Part shown: piece by piece, positions 19,235-28,871 of the stretch | Numbering within the stretch: position 1 is the stretch's first letter | Layout: each line of letters opens with the position of its first letter | Source: Bdellovibrionales bacterium | Lineage (GTDB): Bacteria; Bdellovibrionota; Bdellovibrionia; Bdellovibrionales; JAGQZY01 | DNA length: 64,000 nucleotides | Assembly: GCA_041739665.1 (NCBI GenBank) | Contig: JBGSNK010000022.1 | Location: forward strand, 75-64,074 | Direction: 5' to 3' | The notes under the pieces: generated by a model | The model's database searches: none | Told to the model about the DNA's origin: nothing | Seen by the model: only the letters and a program-made list of their open reading frames with translations | Position numbers and translations under genes: made by a program

Positions 19235-19503
19235 TTCTTCTTTTTGTTGCCATGTGGATAACTAGCTAAAACTATTGTGCATGAATTTACATGAAGCCGT
19301 TCCCGAATCCAAATATCTGTAGAAAGAGGCACGAAGAGGACCAGCTGCAGATTTATGTCTTTTGTGGTAAATCCTTGAAAAGTTAAAAAAACATAGGGAG
19401 GCTTCCATACAAGCCCCGTAGCCTGACTCGTTTTTGCCCGCAGGGCAAAATGCTGGCAAGGTCAGGATGTCCGCCCAGACTAATAAAAACTTATCCACAG
19501 ATT
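19235..19503. repeat. Inverted, internally deleted copy of the 35991-36486 repeat
   Basis: Three consecutive blocks match the reverse complement of 36388-36486, 36171-36276 and 35991-36065; DnaA-box sequences at 19253-19261 and 19491-19499. Confidence 0.95.
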
Positions 19504-19566
19504 GGCACCCGAAAAGAGAAGAACCTACCTAACGTTGAATGGTTGGGTAAAGCAAGGCGGGTCTAG

Positions 19567-20643
19567 CTACTGAAACTCTTCTGGAAAAAGATGCCTTAAT
19601 ATTCGATTCACCTGTTTTCGCAAAGTTGGCAAGTGCGCTAGTGAAGTGGCTGATTTAAGGTGGTCTTTTAATGGGATGACCGGGAAGCCACCGTAGGCTC
19701 CAGGTTTTGCAATGGAACTTGTGATACCCGAGCGAGCGGCGACGTTCACATTGTCGGTGACTTGAATATGTCCTGTTATGCCCGTTTGTCCACCGCAAAT
19801 AAAATTGTCTCCCAAAGTGGAAGATCCGGCCATGATAGCGCCGGCTGTGAGCAAACCATTTTTGCCAATGATAGAATTGTGAGCAAAGTGGCAGAGATTA
19901 TCAATTTTTGTGTTTTCTCCGATAATCGAGTCGTCAAGAGTCCCTCGATCGATGGTAGAGAGCGCTCCCACATGCACATAATCTTTTAGAATAACTCGAC
20001 CCGTGTGTGGAATTCGGTGATGGTGGCCTTTGGCATCGTGAGCGTAACCATAGCCCTCAGAGCCTATAACGGCCTGGGGTTTGATTTCACAAAAACGTCC
20101 CACTAGGCAAGAGTGCCCAATATAAACGTGGGGATGAAGAGTGCTTCCCTCAGCAATGACAACATTTTCTTCAAGAACACAGTGACTCCCGATAAAACAA
20201 TTGTCCTCGATCACACAATTCTCACCAATCACAGCAAGCGGTCCGACGACAGCACTGGCGGCAATGCGAGCAGTCGGTGCCACAACTGCTGTGGGGTGTA
20301 TACCGGTGAGAGTAGAGGGGCGGTAGGGAGTTGCAAAAACAAAGTTTGTTTTAATTTTTTGGGCAGCAAATTCAACGTTATCGCAAAAGATCCAAGTTTT
20401 CTTCGAACCCTTTTCAGAAATTTGGGCACGAAATTTGGTTGGGGCTAGGATACAGGCCACAGCAGAGGTTTCTGCCGTCTCAATCCACTTCTCTTGATTA
20501 ATAAAGGCAAAAGACTCGGGCTTATCACTGCCCGGCAACTCAAAACTCTGAATTTGAGTACTGGCGTCTCCTAGTAAGGCAACTGAATCCAGTTGCAAAA
20601 AGTCAATGAGATCACCAGCTGTGGTTGATTTTTTTAGTTCCAT
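19567..20643 (-). CDS. lpxD: UDP-3-O-(3-hydroxyacyl)glucosamine N-acyltransferase
   Basis: IHPTAVV hexapeptide repeats; IGSEGYGY, TIDRG and KIDNLCHFAHN motifs. Confidence 0.95.
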   Translation of the reverse strand: MELKKSTTAGDLIDFLQLDSVALLGDASTQIQSFELPGSDKPESFAFINQEKWIETAETSAVACILAPTKFRAQISEKGSKKTWIFCDNVEFAAQKIKTNFVFATPYRPSTLTGIHPTAVVAPTARIAASAVVGPLAVIGENCVIEDNCFIGSHCVLEENVVIAEGSTLHPHVYIGHSCLVGRFCEIKPQAVIGSEGYGYAHDAKGHHHRIPHTGRVILKDYVHVGALSTIDRGTLDDSIIGENTKIDNLCHFAHNSIIGKNGLLTAGAIMAGSSTLGDNFICGGQTGITGHIQVTDNVNVAARSGITSSIAKPGAYGGFPVIPLKDHLKSATSLAHLPTLRKQVNRILRHLFPEEFQ

Positions 20644-20802
20644 AGTTTGGTTCTAGAGGATTTCAAAGTGGCTTGAAAGGAAAAAGCAAGTGGCTTATTA
20701 ACGTTGCGCATAATAAAAGCCCTCCTCAGAGGGGTTTTGACTGGTTGGGACTGGAAATCATCTTTGAAATTGCGTAAGAACTATGAATAATTTTAGGAGC
20801 CT

Positions 20803-23205
20803 ATGGAACACAAAAGTCTTGAGAATTTTTTTGTAGAGCGTCTTTCAGATATCAACTGGAAGTCTGCTAAAGCCGTTATTGATCTCACCTCCGAAGGTGC
20901 CACTGTTCCCTTTATTGCGCGTTACCGAAAAGAGAAAACCGCGAATTTGGACGAAGTTCAAATTCGCTCTGTTATAGAAACGGAAAACGAATACCAAGAG
21001 ATCATTAAAAGAAAAGAATTTGTTTTAAAAGAAATCAATGAACAAGGCAACCTCACACCCGAGCTTAAAAAACGCATCCTCGCCTGTTGGGATTTGGCAG
21101 CCCTAGAAGAACTCTACCGTCCCTACAAAAAGAAGAAAAAGACAAAAGCCACTTTGGCCCGTGATGCCGGCATTGGGCCTTTTGCCGATTGGATTTGGCA
21201 ATTAGGACGCGAAAAGCCAGAAGGCCCTGTGCCCACTCTTGAGGTGAAAGCCAAAGAATTTTTAAATCCCTCTCTTAAGTACGCCACATACGACGAAGTC
21301 CTTCGTGGGGCTCAACATATTTTGGTTGAGAAAATTGCCAATGATCCTGATCTGCGAGAAAAAGTGCGGGACGATTTTTTCACCCATGGAGTTCTCGATT
21401 CGAAACCTGGAAAGAAGGTCAAACCAAAGTCCAAATACGAAACTTACTTTGCCCACATCGAAAAGGTGACCTCACTGGTTGAAAAGAAAAACTCTCATCG
21501 CTACTTGGCCATGCGCCGGGGTTGGAAAGAAGGCGAGCTCACAGTTGTCGTCACCAGTCCTAATGAAGAGGCTTTGCACTCTGAGTTTATTCATTTCGCA
21601 TGTCCGCTGCAGGATTCAAATGTGAAGAACTTTTTAGAAACAGCTGCTAAAAGTGCTTTAACCCTCCACGTGATCCCTTCGGTCACCAATGAGGTTCACA
21701 AGAAACTCAAAGATTGCGCAGATATTTTTGCTATCGAAGTCTTTGCCGAGAATGTCAAAAAGCTTCTCTTAGCCAGTCCCTTTGGGGCGCGCTGTGTGTT
21801 GGGACTTGATCCGGGGCTCAGAACCGGCTGCAAAGTGGCCTTGGTTGATAAAAAGGGTCAATTTATCTCTCATACTGTTTTGAAAACTCAAGGTGAAAAG
21901 GCCGAAGAAAACGCAAAAGCCCTTTTCTCCGAAGTTTTAAAACAAATCGAAATAGACGCTATTGCAATCGGAAACGGAACCGGCGGGCGCGAGGCCGAAG
22001 TGTTTATTCGCAAAGTGCTGAGGGATTTAGATAAAAATATTCCTATTGTTTTGATCAACGAGTCTGGCGCGAGTGTTTACTCAGCGTCAGATGTGGCAAG
22101 ACTCGAGTTCCCTGATTTAGATTTAACCGTACGTGGGGCCATCTCCATTGCTCGACGCTTGCAAGATCCCCTGGCTGAGTTGGTTAAGATTGAACCGAAG
22201 AGTATCGGTGTTGGGCAGTACCAACACGATGTTTCCCAAAGCACTCTCAAAAAGCGTTTGGATTCGGTTGTCGAAGACTGTGTGAACTTTGTTGGGGTGG
22301 ACGTGAACACCGCCTCTGAACATCTCTTGCAACATGTGGCAGGGATCGGCCCTGGTATTGCCAGTCAAATAGTGAAACATCGACAAGAAAAAGGACTTTT
22401 TAAAAGAAGAGACGAACTCACCAAAGTCCCAAACTTCAGCTCCAAGGCTTTTGAGCAGTCTGCTGGCTTTTTGCGAGTTGTGGGCGGTGAAGTTCCCTTG
22501 GATTCGACCGGTGTCCATCCAGAGCGTTACTCAGCCGTGCGCGACATGGCTAAAGAAGTAGGAGAAAGTGTTTCAAGTCTACTTGGACAAGGTTCTGCCA
22601 AGTTGAAACAGCTCAAAGAAAAATGGTCTGAGCTTATTGGCGAGTTCACTTTTGATGATATCGTTAATGAATTACAAAAGCCTGGGCGAGATCCTCGAGA
22701 CCCTTTCAAAGTGTTCCAGTTTCGCGAAGATATTTTTACAGTGAACGACCTAAAAGAGGGTATGATTTGCAATGGAATCGTCTCTAATGTGACCAACTTT
22801 GGTGCCTTTGTAGACATTGGTGTTCACCAAGACGGATTGGTTCATATTTCTGAAATTGCCAACCAATTTGTTAACGATCCACAAAAGATGTTGAGCCCAG
22901 GTGATCAAGTCCAAGTGCAAGTGAAGTCTGTGGACAAAGAAAAGAACCAGATATCCTTAACTATGAAGTTTGGCGAAAAAGCAGTCGCGTCTTCAAAAGG
23001 TCCGCGCAAGAAGCCTCAATCAAACGAACGCCCTCGTGCGGCCCGTGCGGCAAGGTCTTCTGGGGACAGCAGCAAAAAGAACGACCGCAATAAGAAGGGC
23101 GGGCGGAAGCCTCAACGTGGCGGAGGCAGTGGGGCCGATAAGCCCCGTCGTCCCTCTCAGCCCTTCAACAACCCCTTTGCGGCCCTTGGAGAGTTGAAGA
23201 AATAA
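20803..23205 (+). CDS. tex: Tex (YhgF) RNA-binding transcription accessory protein
   Basis: GATVPFIARYRKE, GLDPGLRTGCK, SIARRLQDPLAELVKI, C-terminal S1 domain. Confidence 0.95.
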   Translation: MEHKSLENFFVERLSDINWKSAKAVIDLTSEGATVPFIARYRKEKTANLDEVQIRSVIETENEYQEIIKRKEFVLKEINEQGNLTPELKKRILACWDLAALEELYRPYKKKKKTKATLARDAGIGPFADWIWQLGREKPEGPVPTLEVKAKEFLNPSLKYATYDEVLRGAQHILVEKIANDPDLREKVRDDFFTHGVLDSKPGKKVKPKSKYETYFAHIEKVTSLVEKKNSHRYLAMRRGWKEGELTVVVTSPNEEALHSEFIHFACPLQDSNVKNFLETAAKSALTLHVIPSVTNEVHKKLKDCADIFAIEVFAENVKKLLLASPFGARCVLGLDPGLRTGCKVALVDKKGQFISHTVLKTQGEKAEENAKALFSEVLKQIEIDAIAIGNGTGGREAEVFIRKVLRDLDKNIPIVLINESGASVYSASDVARLEFPDLDLTVRGAISIARRLQDPLAELVKIEPKSIGVGQYQHDVSQSTLKKRLDSVVEDCVNFVGVDVNTASEHLLQHVAGIGPGIASQIVKHRQEKGLFKRRDELTKVPNFSSKAFEQSAGFLRVVGGEVPLDSTGVHPERYSAVRDMAKEVGESVSSLLGQGSAKLKQLKEKWSELIGEFTFDDIVNELQKPGRDPRDPFKVFQFREDIFTVNDLKEGMICNGIVSNVTNFGAFVDIGVHQDGLVHISEIANQFVNDPQKMLSPGDQVQVQVKSVDKEKNQISLTMKFGEKAVASSKGPRKKPQSNERPRAARAARSSGDSSKKNDRNKKGGRKPQRGGGSGADKPRRPSQPFNNPFAALGELKK

Positions 23206-23346
23206 TCTGGGTAGTTCTTACAGAGACATAGCTTTTTTACTAAAATATTTTCAAACGACCTTATTATAAAACCTCATTTTTGGTATGAAGTTTTCCTAAT
23301 CACTATTCCTGATTTGGGTTTTGGGGATATCAAGCAAGTGGGTATT

Positions 23347-25197
23347 ATGGGTCGTTCTGTTTGTCTGTCATTCGTATTTATCATATTTTCAGTCTCAACT
23401 GTGTGGGCTCAAACCGACGAGCAAAAGGAATCTTGGATCAAAACCGGTTACGGAGTCGATGCACTCTATCTAGAAAAAGATTTTAGAGCTCCAAACTGTT
23501 TCAGGTCACCCAAGCTTTTTACCGCTTGCTTAGAAGCACTTAATTTTCTTTTAAAGCAAGACAAAGACAACCCCCAAGAACTTGTTTGGAATGCCACCTC
23601 CCAAAAGTATTCACTTCAAAAAGCTACGCCACTGGTGGATCTAGATTTTAAAATATATATGCAGGAAAAGCGTCTTCTGCACAATGAACTGCAACAGGGT
23701 TTTCAATTTGTCGAGCTGGATCATATAGAGAATCTTTTTACCACTGTTAAGAAATATGTGGAAAGTAATGTTGAGACGGACCTTTTGCCCTACGTTGCTG
23801 GTCAAGCTTATGCCGAATTTATGCGCAACGCCTATGACCCTCATAGCCGTTTTATGCCAGAATCCGATATGAGACCCAAGCCCAATAAATACTTTGGTAT
23901 TGGTGCCAATATTTTTAAATATGAATCTGCGGGTGATTACAATGGGGCTTTGACAGTTTCTCCAATGGCTGGTTCCCCAGCTTTTAAAGCAGGACTCAGA
24001 AAAGGTGATCTAGTTTTATCAGTCGACGGGCAGGACATTCGTGAAATGAGTGTCAATGAAGCTGTGGCCCTGATCAAGGGACCAGCGGGCACAGAAGTAG
24101 AGATTCAACTAGCAAGCTTATGCAGTCAGACCGTTCAGACAATCAAAGTCACGCGGGGGCCGATCAGCCATCTGGCAAACTGGATGGAGGAAAGCCACTT
24201 TATCAATTTAAACGACCCAAGCAGTTCAGATCCGGTGATGCAAATTTGTGACGAGCAGGTTGATAGCAAGAAGGTTATTGCTGGTCAGCCCCAAGCTTTT
24301 TACGTGCCTTTGACGACTTTCCTTGAGGCGGAGGGGCAAAGTCTGTGTGATGATTTTATTCAGCTTCAGATTCAGGATCTCCAAAATCCGGACAGTGTCG
24401 GGATGATCATCGACCTGCGCGGTAACGGTGGCGGAAGTTTAAATGCTGTCGCATGTATGTTAGACACTATTATCTCCACAAATGGTCCTCTGGTTGGTCA
24501 AGTGGATGTGGTTGATGGTGAGGTGATCGGTGCCGAGCCAGTCATCACCCATCGTTTTAGTGAGAGTGGGGGTATAGCTGTTCTCATGCCAGTGTTGGGT
24601 GAAATTGCTGGCTATATTAACTACGAAACTAAATTCATCACTTACAATAAAAATATCGTGGTCTTGGTTGACGGCGGATCAGCGAGTGCTTCCGAGATTT
24701 TTGCCGGTACCATTCAAGAGCAACAAAGAGGTTGGGTGGTTGGAGACAGAACCCTAGGCAAGGGAAGTGTGCAGAGTTTGCGACAACACGTCAACGTCCT
24801 CGCAAAGTCTCGTGCTTTTGGAGAGTCTTTGGTGATGGGGCGGACAACGGCTATATACACTTTGGGCAGCGGTCGATCTCCTCAAAAAGTCGGTGTCATC
24901 CCTGACTTTTTGTATGACCAATTGGGCGAGGCCATCGTGCACGGCGAAGACGATCTCACAACGGAAGCGCAATATTTGGGAAGTATTTCCTATCAAAATA
25001 GTGAATGGGTTCAGTCGCGGCCAAATGAAGTTGCCAGTTTAGAGTCTTGTGCTAAGGCTTCGGGCTCGCGCAGCGACTCCTTTAAATTGCGAGCTCTAGA
25101 AGATGAGCGCTACAGACGTCCTTTTGTGAGTTCTTACCAATTAAATTTGGCTCAAGATGTTCTACTTTGTAGCCCAGAAAAAAGTGCCGCGTTTTAA
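23347..25197 (+). CDS. Secreted S41 family peptidase with PDZ domain (divergent)
   Basis: DPHS, GSPA..AGL PDZ, IDLRGNGGG, SASASE (Ser) and GKGSVQ (Lys); signal peptide. Confidence 0.85.
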   Translation: MGRSVCLSFVFIIFSVSTVWAQTDEQKESWIKTGYGVDALYLEKDFRAPNCFRSPKLFTACLEALNFLLKQDKDNPQELVWNATSQKYSLQKATPLVDLDFKIYMQEKRLLHNELQQGFQFVELDHIENLFTTVKKYVESNVETDLLPYVAGQAYAEFMRNAYDPHSRFMPESDMRPKPNKYFGIGANIFKYESAGDYNGALTVSPMAGSPAFKAGLRKGDLVLSVDGQDIREMSVNEAVALIKGPAGTEVEIQLASLCSQTVQTIKVTRGPISHLANWMEESHFINLNDPSSSDPVMQICDEQVDSKKVIAGQPQAFYVPLTTFLEAEGQSLCDDFIQLQIQDLQNPDSVGMIIDLRGNGGGSLNAVACMLDTIISTNGPLVGQVDVVDGEVIGAEPVITHRFSESGGIAVLMPVLGEIAGYINYETKFITYNKNIVVLVDGGSASASEIFAGTIQEQQRGWVVGDRTLGKGSVQSLRQHVNVLAKSRAFGESLVMGRTTAIYTLGSGRSPQKVGVIPDFLYDQLGEAIVHGEDDLTTEAQYLGSISYQNSEWVQSRPNEVASLESCAKASGSRSDSFKLRALEDERYRRPFVSSYQLNLAQDVLLCSPEKSAAF

Positions 25198-25224
25198 TTT
25201 ATAGAGTTAAATCGAAGCTTCGAG

Positions 25225-26070
25225 TTAATTTGAAGCTTTCACAACATGATCGGCAAATTCAGCAAACCCCTCGCCACCTTGACTGGGACATATAAACTGG
25301 GGCTTGAACTTGAGTTGTTTTTCAAAATCCTTGATGTTAGCAACCGCAAAAGAGTTTTCAAAAAATTCAAAAAGCGGCTCGTCGTTAGGTGAGTCGCCAA
25401 TAAAGGCACAGCTTTCAAGATTGTCTCCCAGCTCCATCCCAAATTGATCTCTATAAAAAATTTCACACATTGTTTTTTTATCGTAATCACCAAACCAACC
25501 GTTCACGTGGATAGAGCTTACTTTAGCGGTCGCTCCATGTTTTTTAAAAATGGAAACAATTTCGTTCACATCTTTTTGTGATAGAGGTTTGACGTCTTCA
25601 CAAAAATCAATGGCCAGATCAAAAAGACGGCAGAACTGATCGGAAGCCAAAGCGCTTCCGCTCACCTTTTGAAGAACTTCTGTTTCTATATTTTTTAATT
25701 GTTTTTGATGGATCAGCCGTTGATCTTCATCAATAGCAAAAGCTCGTTTCATTTTTTTATTTTGGTATTGAAAGTAAAAGGCCCCATTTTCACCAATCAC
25801 TGCACAAACAGGCCACATTCTAGCGATCATCTCACACCAACCCGCAGGGCGGCCGGTTACTGGAACCACTTGCACACCTTGTTCATGCAACTCCCAGAGC
25901 TTGCTGTAGGCCCTTGTACCTAACTGACCCTGTGAGGTGAGGGTGTCGTCAATGTCCGTAAAAACCAGATTTATTTTTTTATTAAATTGGCTGAGGGCTC
26001 TCAAAGGGTCTCCTTTGCGTCGCGTCGCTATCTGCTGTTTACTATATTGCGTTATAAAAGAGCCTTGCAA
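25225..26070 (-). CDS. HAD-IIB family hydrolase (start uncertain)
   Basis: DIDDTLT, VTGR, ENG and GDSPND motifs. Confidence 0.85.
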   Translation of the reverse strand: MQGSFITQYSKQQIATRRKGDPLRALSQFNKKINLVFTDIDDTLTSQGQLGTRAYSKLWELHEQGVQVVPVTGRPAGWCEMIARMWPVCAVIGENGAFYFQYQNKKMKRAFAIDEDQRLIHQKQLKNIETEVLQKVSGSALASDQFCRLFDLAIDFCEDVKPLSQKDVNEIVSIFKKHGATAKVSSIHVNGWFGDYDKKTMCEIFYRDQFGMELGDNLESCAFIGDSPNDEPLFEFFENSFAVANIKDFEKQLKFKPQFICPSQGGEGFAEFADHVVKASN

Positions 26071-26132
26071 GCTGAAACTTGAGGTTTCATTGTAGAGACG
26101 TAACAGAGCATTATATAAGGACAGCCCTTTCT

Positions 26133-28871
26133 ATGAAATTAGTCATCGTTGAGTCTCCGACGAAAGCCCGCACCATTAAAAAGTTTCTTGGACCCGATTA
26201 CCATGTGGAATCTTGCATGGGCCACATCCGAGATTTGCCCCAATCGGCCAAAGATATCCCAGAAAAGTATAAAAAAGAAGAGTGGTCGCGTTTGGGTGTC
26301 AACGTAGAGCAAGATTTTGATCCTATCTACTGTATTCCCAAAAATAAAACCAAAGTGGTGCGCGACCTCAAAAACCTACTCAAGGATGCGGATGAATTGA
26401 TTCTCGCAACCGATGAAGACCGTGAGGGAGAAAGCATCAGCTGGCATCTTGTGGAAGTTCTCAAACCAAAGGTGAAAACCAAACGTATGGTCTTTCACGA
26501 GATCACCAAACCGGCGATCAAAAAAGCCCTGGAAGAGTTTCGTGAAATTGACATGGATTTAGTGCGTGCCCAAGAAGCTCGCCGCATACTCGATCGCCTG
26601 GTCGGTTACACTATTTCTCCTTTGTTATGGAAAAAAGTGGCTTATGGTTTGTCGGCGGGTCGTGTGCAGTCAGTTGCAGTTCGATTGATTTCCGAAAGAG
26701 AAACCCAGCGTTTGAAATTTAAAAATGCCCAGTACTGGGGTGTTTATTCGCGCAACAATAAAGACAAAAAAACTTTTGAAAGCCGTTTGTGGAGTTATCA
26801 AGGCAAAAAATTGGCCACGGGTAAAGATTTTGATGCGGATACTGGCGAATTGATCTCGGGCAAAGCTGGAGACATCCTTTGGTTGGATCAAAAGTTGGCC
26901 GAGAAAATTAAAGACAGCGTTCTAAAAAATCCATGGGTGGTTCAGTCGGTCGAAGAAAAACCAGTGAGTCGTAAGCCCGCCCCTCCTTTTATCACTTCGA
27001 CTCTCCAGCAGGAGGCCAACCGCAAGCTGGGCTTAAGTGCCAAAGAAACCATGCAAGTGGCGCAAAAGCTTTATGAACAAGGGCATATCACCTATATGAG
27101 AACAGACTCCAACGCCCTGTCCACACAAGCTATCGATGCCGCTCGTATGCGCATCAAAGAGCTTTTTGGCGACAAATACCTCACTCCCGAGCCGCGCACT
27201 TACAAAGGAAAAACAGCCAAAGGTGCGCAGGAGGCTCACGAAGCGATACGACCGGCTGGTACAGAGATGCTGCCTCCGGAAGAAACCAAATTGCGTGGTA
27301 TCAACCTGGCTCTTTACGAACTGATTTGGAAACGAACGTTGGCGTCTCAGCTACCCAATGCTCAACTCAAACAAGTTAACGCACGCATCGCCGTAGGTGA
27401 TGCCGTGTTTGCTGCCTCTGGGCAGTCCGTTGAATTCCCCGGTTTTTTAAAAGTTTATGTGGAAAGTACGGATGAGGACAGTGAATCGAAAGATGAAGAA
27501 AACAGTTTGCTCCCGCAAATGAAAACAGGCGACACCATTGAGTGTGTCGGTGCCGAAGCCAAGGAACATGAGACCAAGCCACCTGCCCGCTACACAGAAG
27601 CAAGTCTTGTGCAGATGATGGAAAAAGAGGGGATTGGACGCCCTTCCACCTATGCCTCGATTATCAGTACTATTATCGACCGCGGTTATGTGCATAAAAC
27701 AGGAAATGCATTGGTCCCCAGTTTTACAGCCATGATTGTGTCGCGACTTTTAAATGAACATTTGCCCACCTACGTGGATCTTGGCTTTACCACCGAGATG
27801 GAAAATAAATTGGATGATATTGCCAGTGGAGACATGAACTCTCACCAGTTTTTAAAAAATGTTTATTTTGGTAAGACTGGTTTGAAAGAACAGGTGGAAA
27901 CCCAAGAAGAGCAGATCAATCCCGAACGCGCACGCCAAATTGAATTTGAGACTTTGCCAAATTTAAGTTTTCGCGTCGGTCGTTATGGTGCATACGTTTG
28001 CCGAAAAAGTTCGGGTGAGGAGCAGTGTGCTTCTTTGCCAGATTCTCAAGCCCCCGCCGATATCACTCCCGCAGATTGCGACAAGTTGATTGATCAAAAA
28101 ATTAAGGGAGCTGACGCTTTAGGAATTGACCCAGAAACCAAAGAGCCCGTCTATGTTCTCACCGGTCGTTACGGTCCCTATGTGCAAAGGGGTGACGCCA
28201 GTGATGAAAATGCCAAGCCAAAGCGGACGACACTGCCCGCGGGTCTGGAACCCGAAGATGTGACCATCGAGCAAGCCCTTTATCTTCTGTCTCTACCTTT
28301 GAATCTTGGCGACCATCCCTCTTTAGGCAAAGAAGTGCGCGTTGGAATCGGCCGTTTTGGACCCTTTGTTGTTTGCGATGGCGATTTCCGCTCTATTCCA
28401 AAAGGCACATCCCTGTTTGAGGTGAGTTTTGATTTTGCGATGGATCTTTTGTCCCAACCCAAAAAGGGGCGGGGACGTTCGGCTCCACTCAAGGAGCTAG
28501 GTCAGCACCCTCTGACTGAGGAAGAAATGAACGTCTTCAACGGACGCTACGGACCCTATATTAAAATGGGTAAGATCAACGTTTCAATTCCCGACGACAT
28601 GGAAGTGGACAACGTGACTAAAGAGTTGGCCATCGAACTTTTAGCCGACAAATTAGATGAAGCTAAAGATAAAAAAGGTAAAAAGAAAAAAACTTCAAAG
28701 GCGACTCCAAAGTCCGCTCAAATTCCCGACACAAAGGTGACTGGAAAAGCGAAGGCCAAGGTGACCAAGTCCACTTCTAAGGTGAGTAAAAAGAAAAAAA
28801 CGGCATCCCCAAGTAAAGAGAAAAAAGCCACAAAAACGGTGATTAGGAGATCGGCCACTTCGGAATCATGA
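26133..28871 (+). CDS. topA: DNA topoisomerase I
   Basis: LVIVESPTKA, ATDEDREGE, SAGRVQS, ITYMRTD (catalytic Tyr) and GIGRPSTY; C-terminal GRYGPY repeats. Confidence 0.97.
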   Translation: MKLVIVESPTKARTIKKFLGPDYHVESCMGHIRDLPQSAKDIPEKYKKEEWSRLGVNVEQDFDPIYCIPKNKTKVVRDLKNLLKDADELILATDEDREGESISWHLVEVLKPKVKTKRMVFHEITKPAIKKALEEFREIDMDLVRAQEARRILDRLVGYTISPLLWKKVAYGLSAGRVQSVAVRLISERETQRLKFKNAQYWGVYSRNNKDKKTFESRLWSYQGKKLATGKDFDADTGELISGKAGDILWLDQKLAEKIKDSVLKNPWVVQSVEEKPVSRKPAPPFITSTLQQEANRKLGLSAKETMQVAQKLYEQGHITYMRTDSNALSTQAIDAARMRIKELFGDKYLTPEPRTYKGKTAKGAQEAHEAIRPAGTEMLPPEETKLRGINLALYELIWKRTLASQLPNAQLKQVNARIAVGDAVFAASGQSVEFPGFLKVYVESTDEDSESKDEENSLLPQMKTGDTIECVGAEAKEHETKPPARYTEASLVQMMEKEGIGRPSTYASIISTIIDRGYVHKTGNALVPSFTAMIVSRLLNEHLPTYVDLGFTTEMENKLDDIASGDMNSHQFLKNVYFGKTGLKEQVETQEEQINPERARQIEFETLPNLSFRVGRYGAYVCRKSSGEEQCASLPDSQAPADITPADCDKLIDQKIKGADALGIDPETKEPVYVLTGRYGPYVQRGDASDENAKPKRTTLPAGLEPEDVTIEQALYLLSLPLNLGDHPSLGKEVRVGIGRFGPFVVCDGDFRSIPKGTSLFEVSFDFAMDLLSQPKKGRGRSAPLKELGQHPLTEEEMNVFNGRYGPYIKMGKINVSIPDDMEVDNVTKELAIELLADKLDEAKDKKGKKKKTSKATPKSAQIPDTKVTGKAKAKVTKSTSKVSKKKKTASPSKEKKATKTVIRRSATSES

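Noticed and set aside
19262..19498. 78-aa ORF (and the 64-aa ORF at 36236-36430)
   Set aside because: Both lie wholly within the palindromic repeats, have no clear RBS or recognisable motif, and are not maintained as the same ORF between the two copies.
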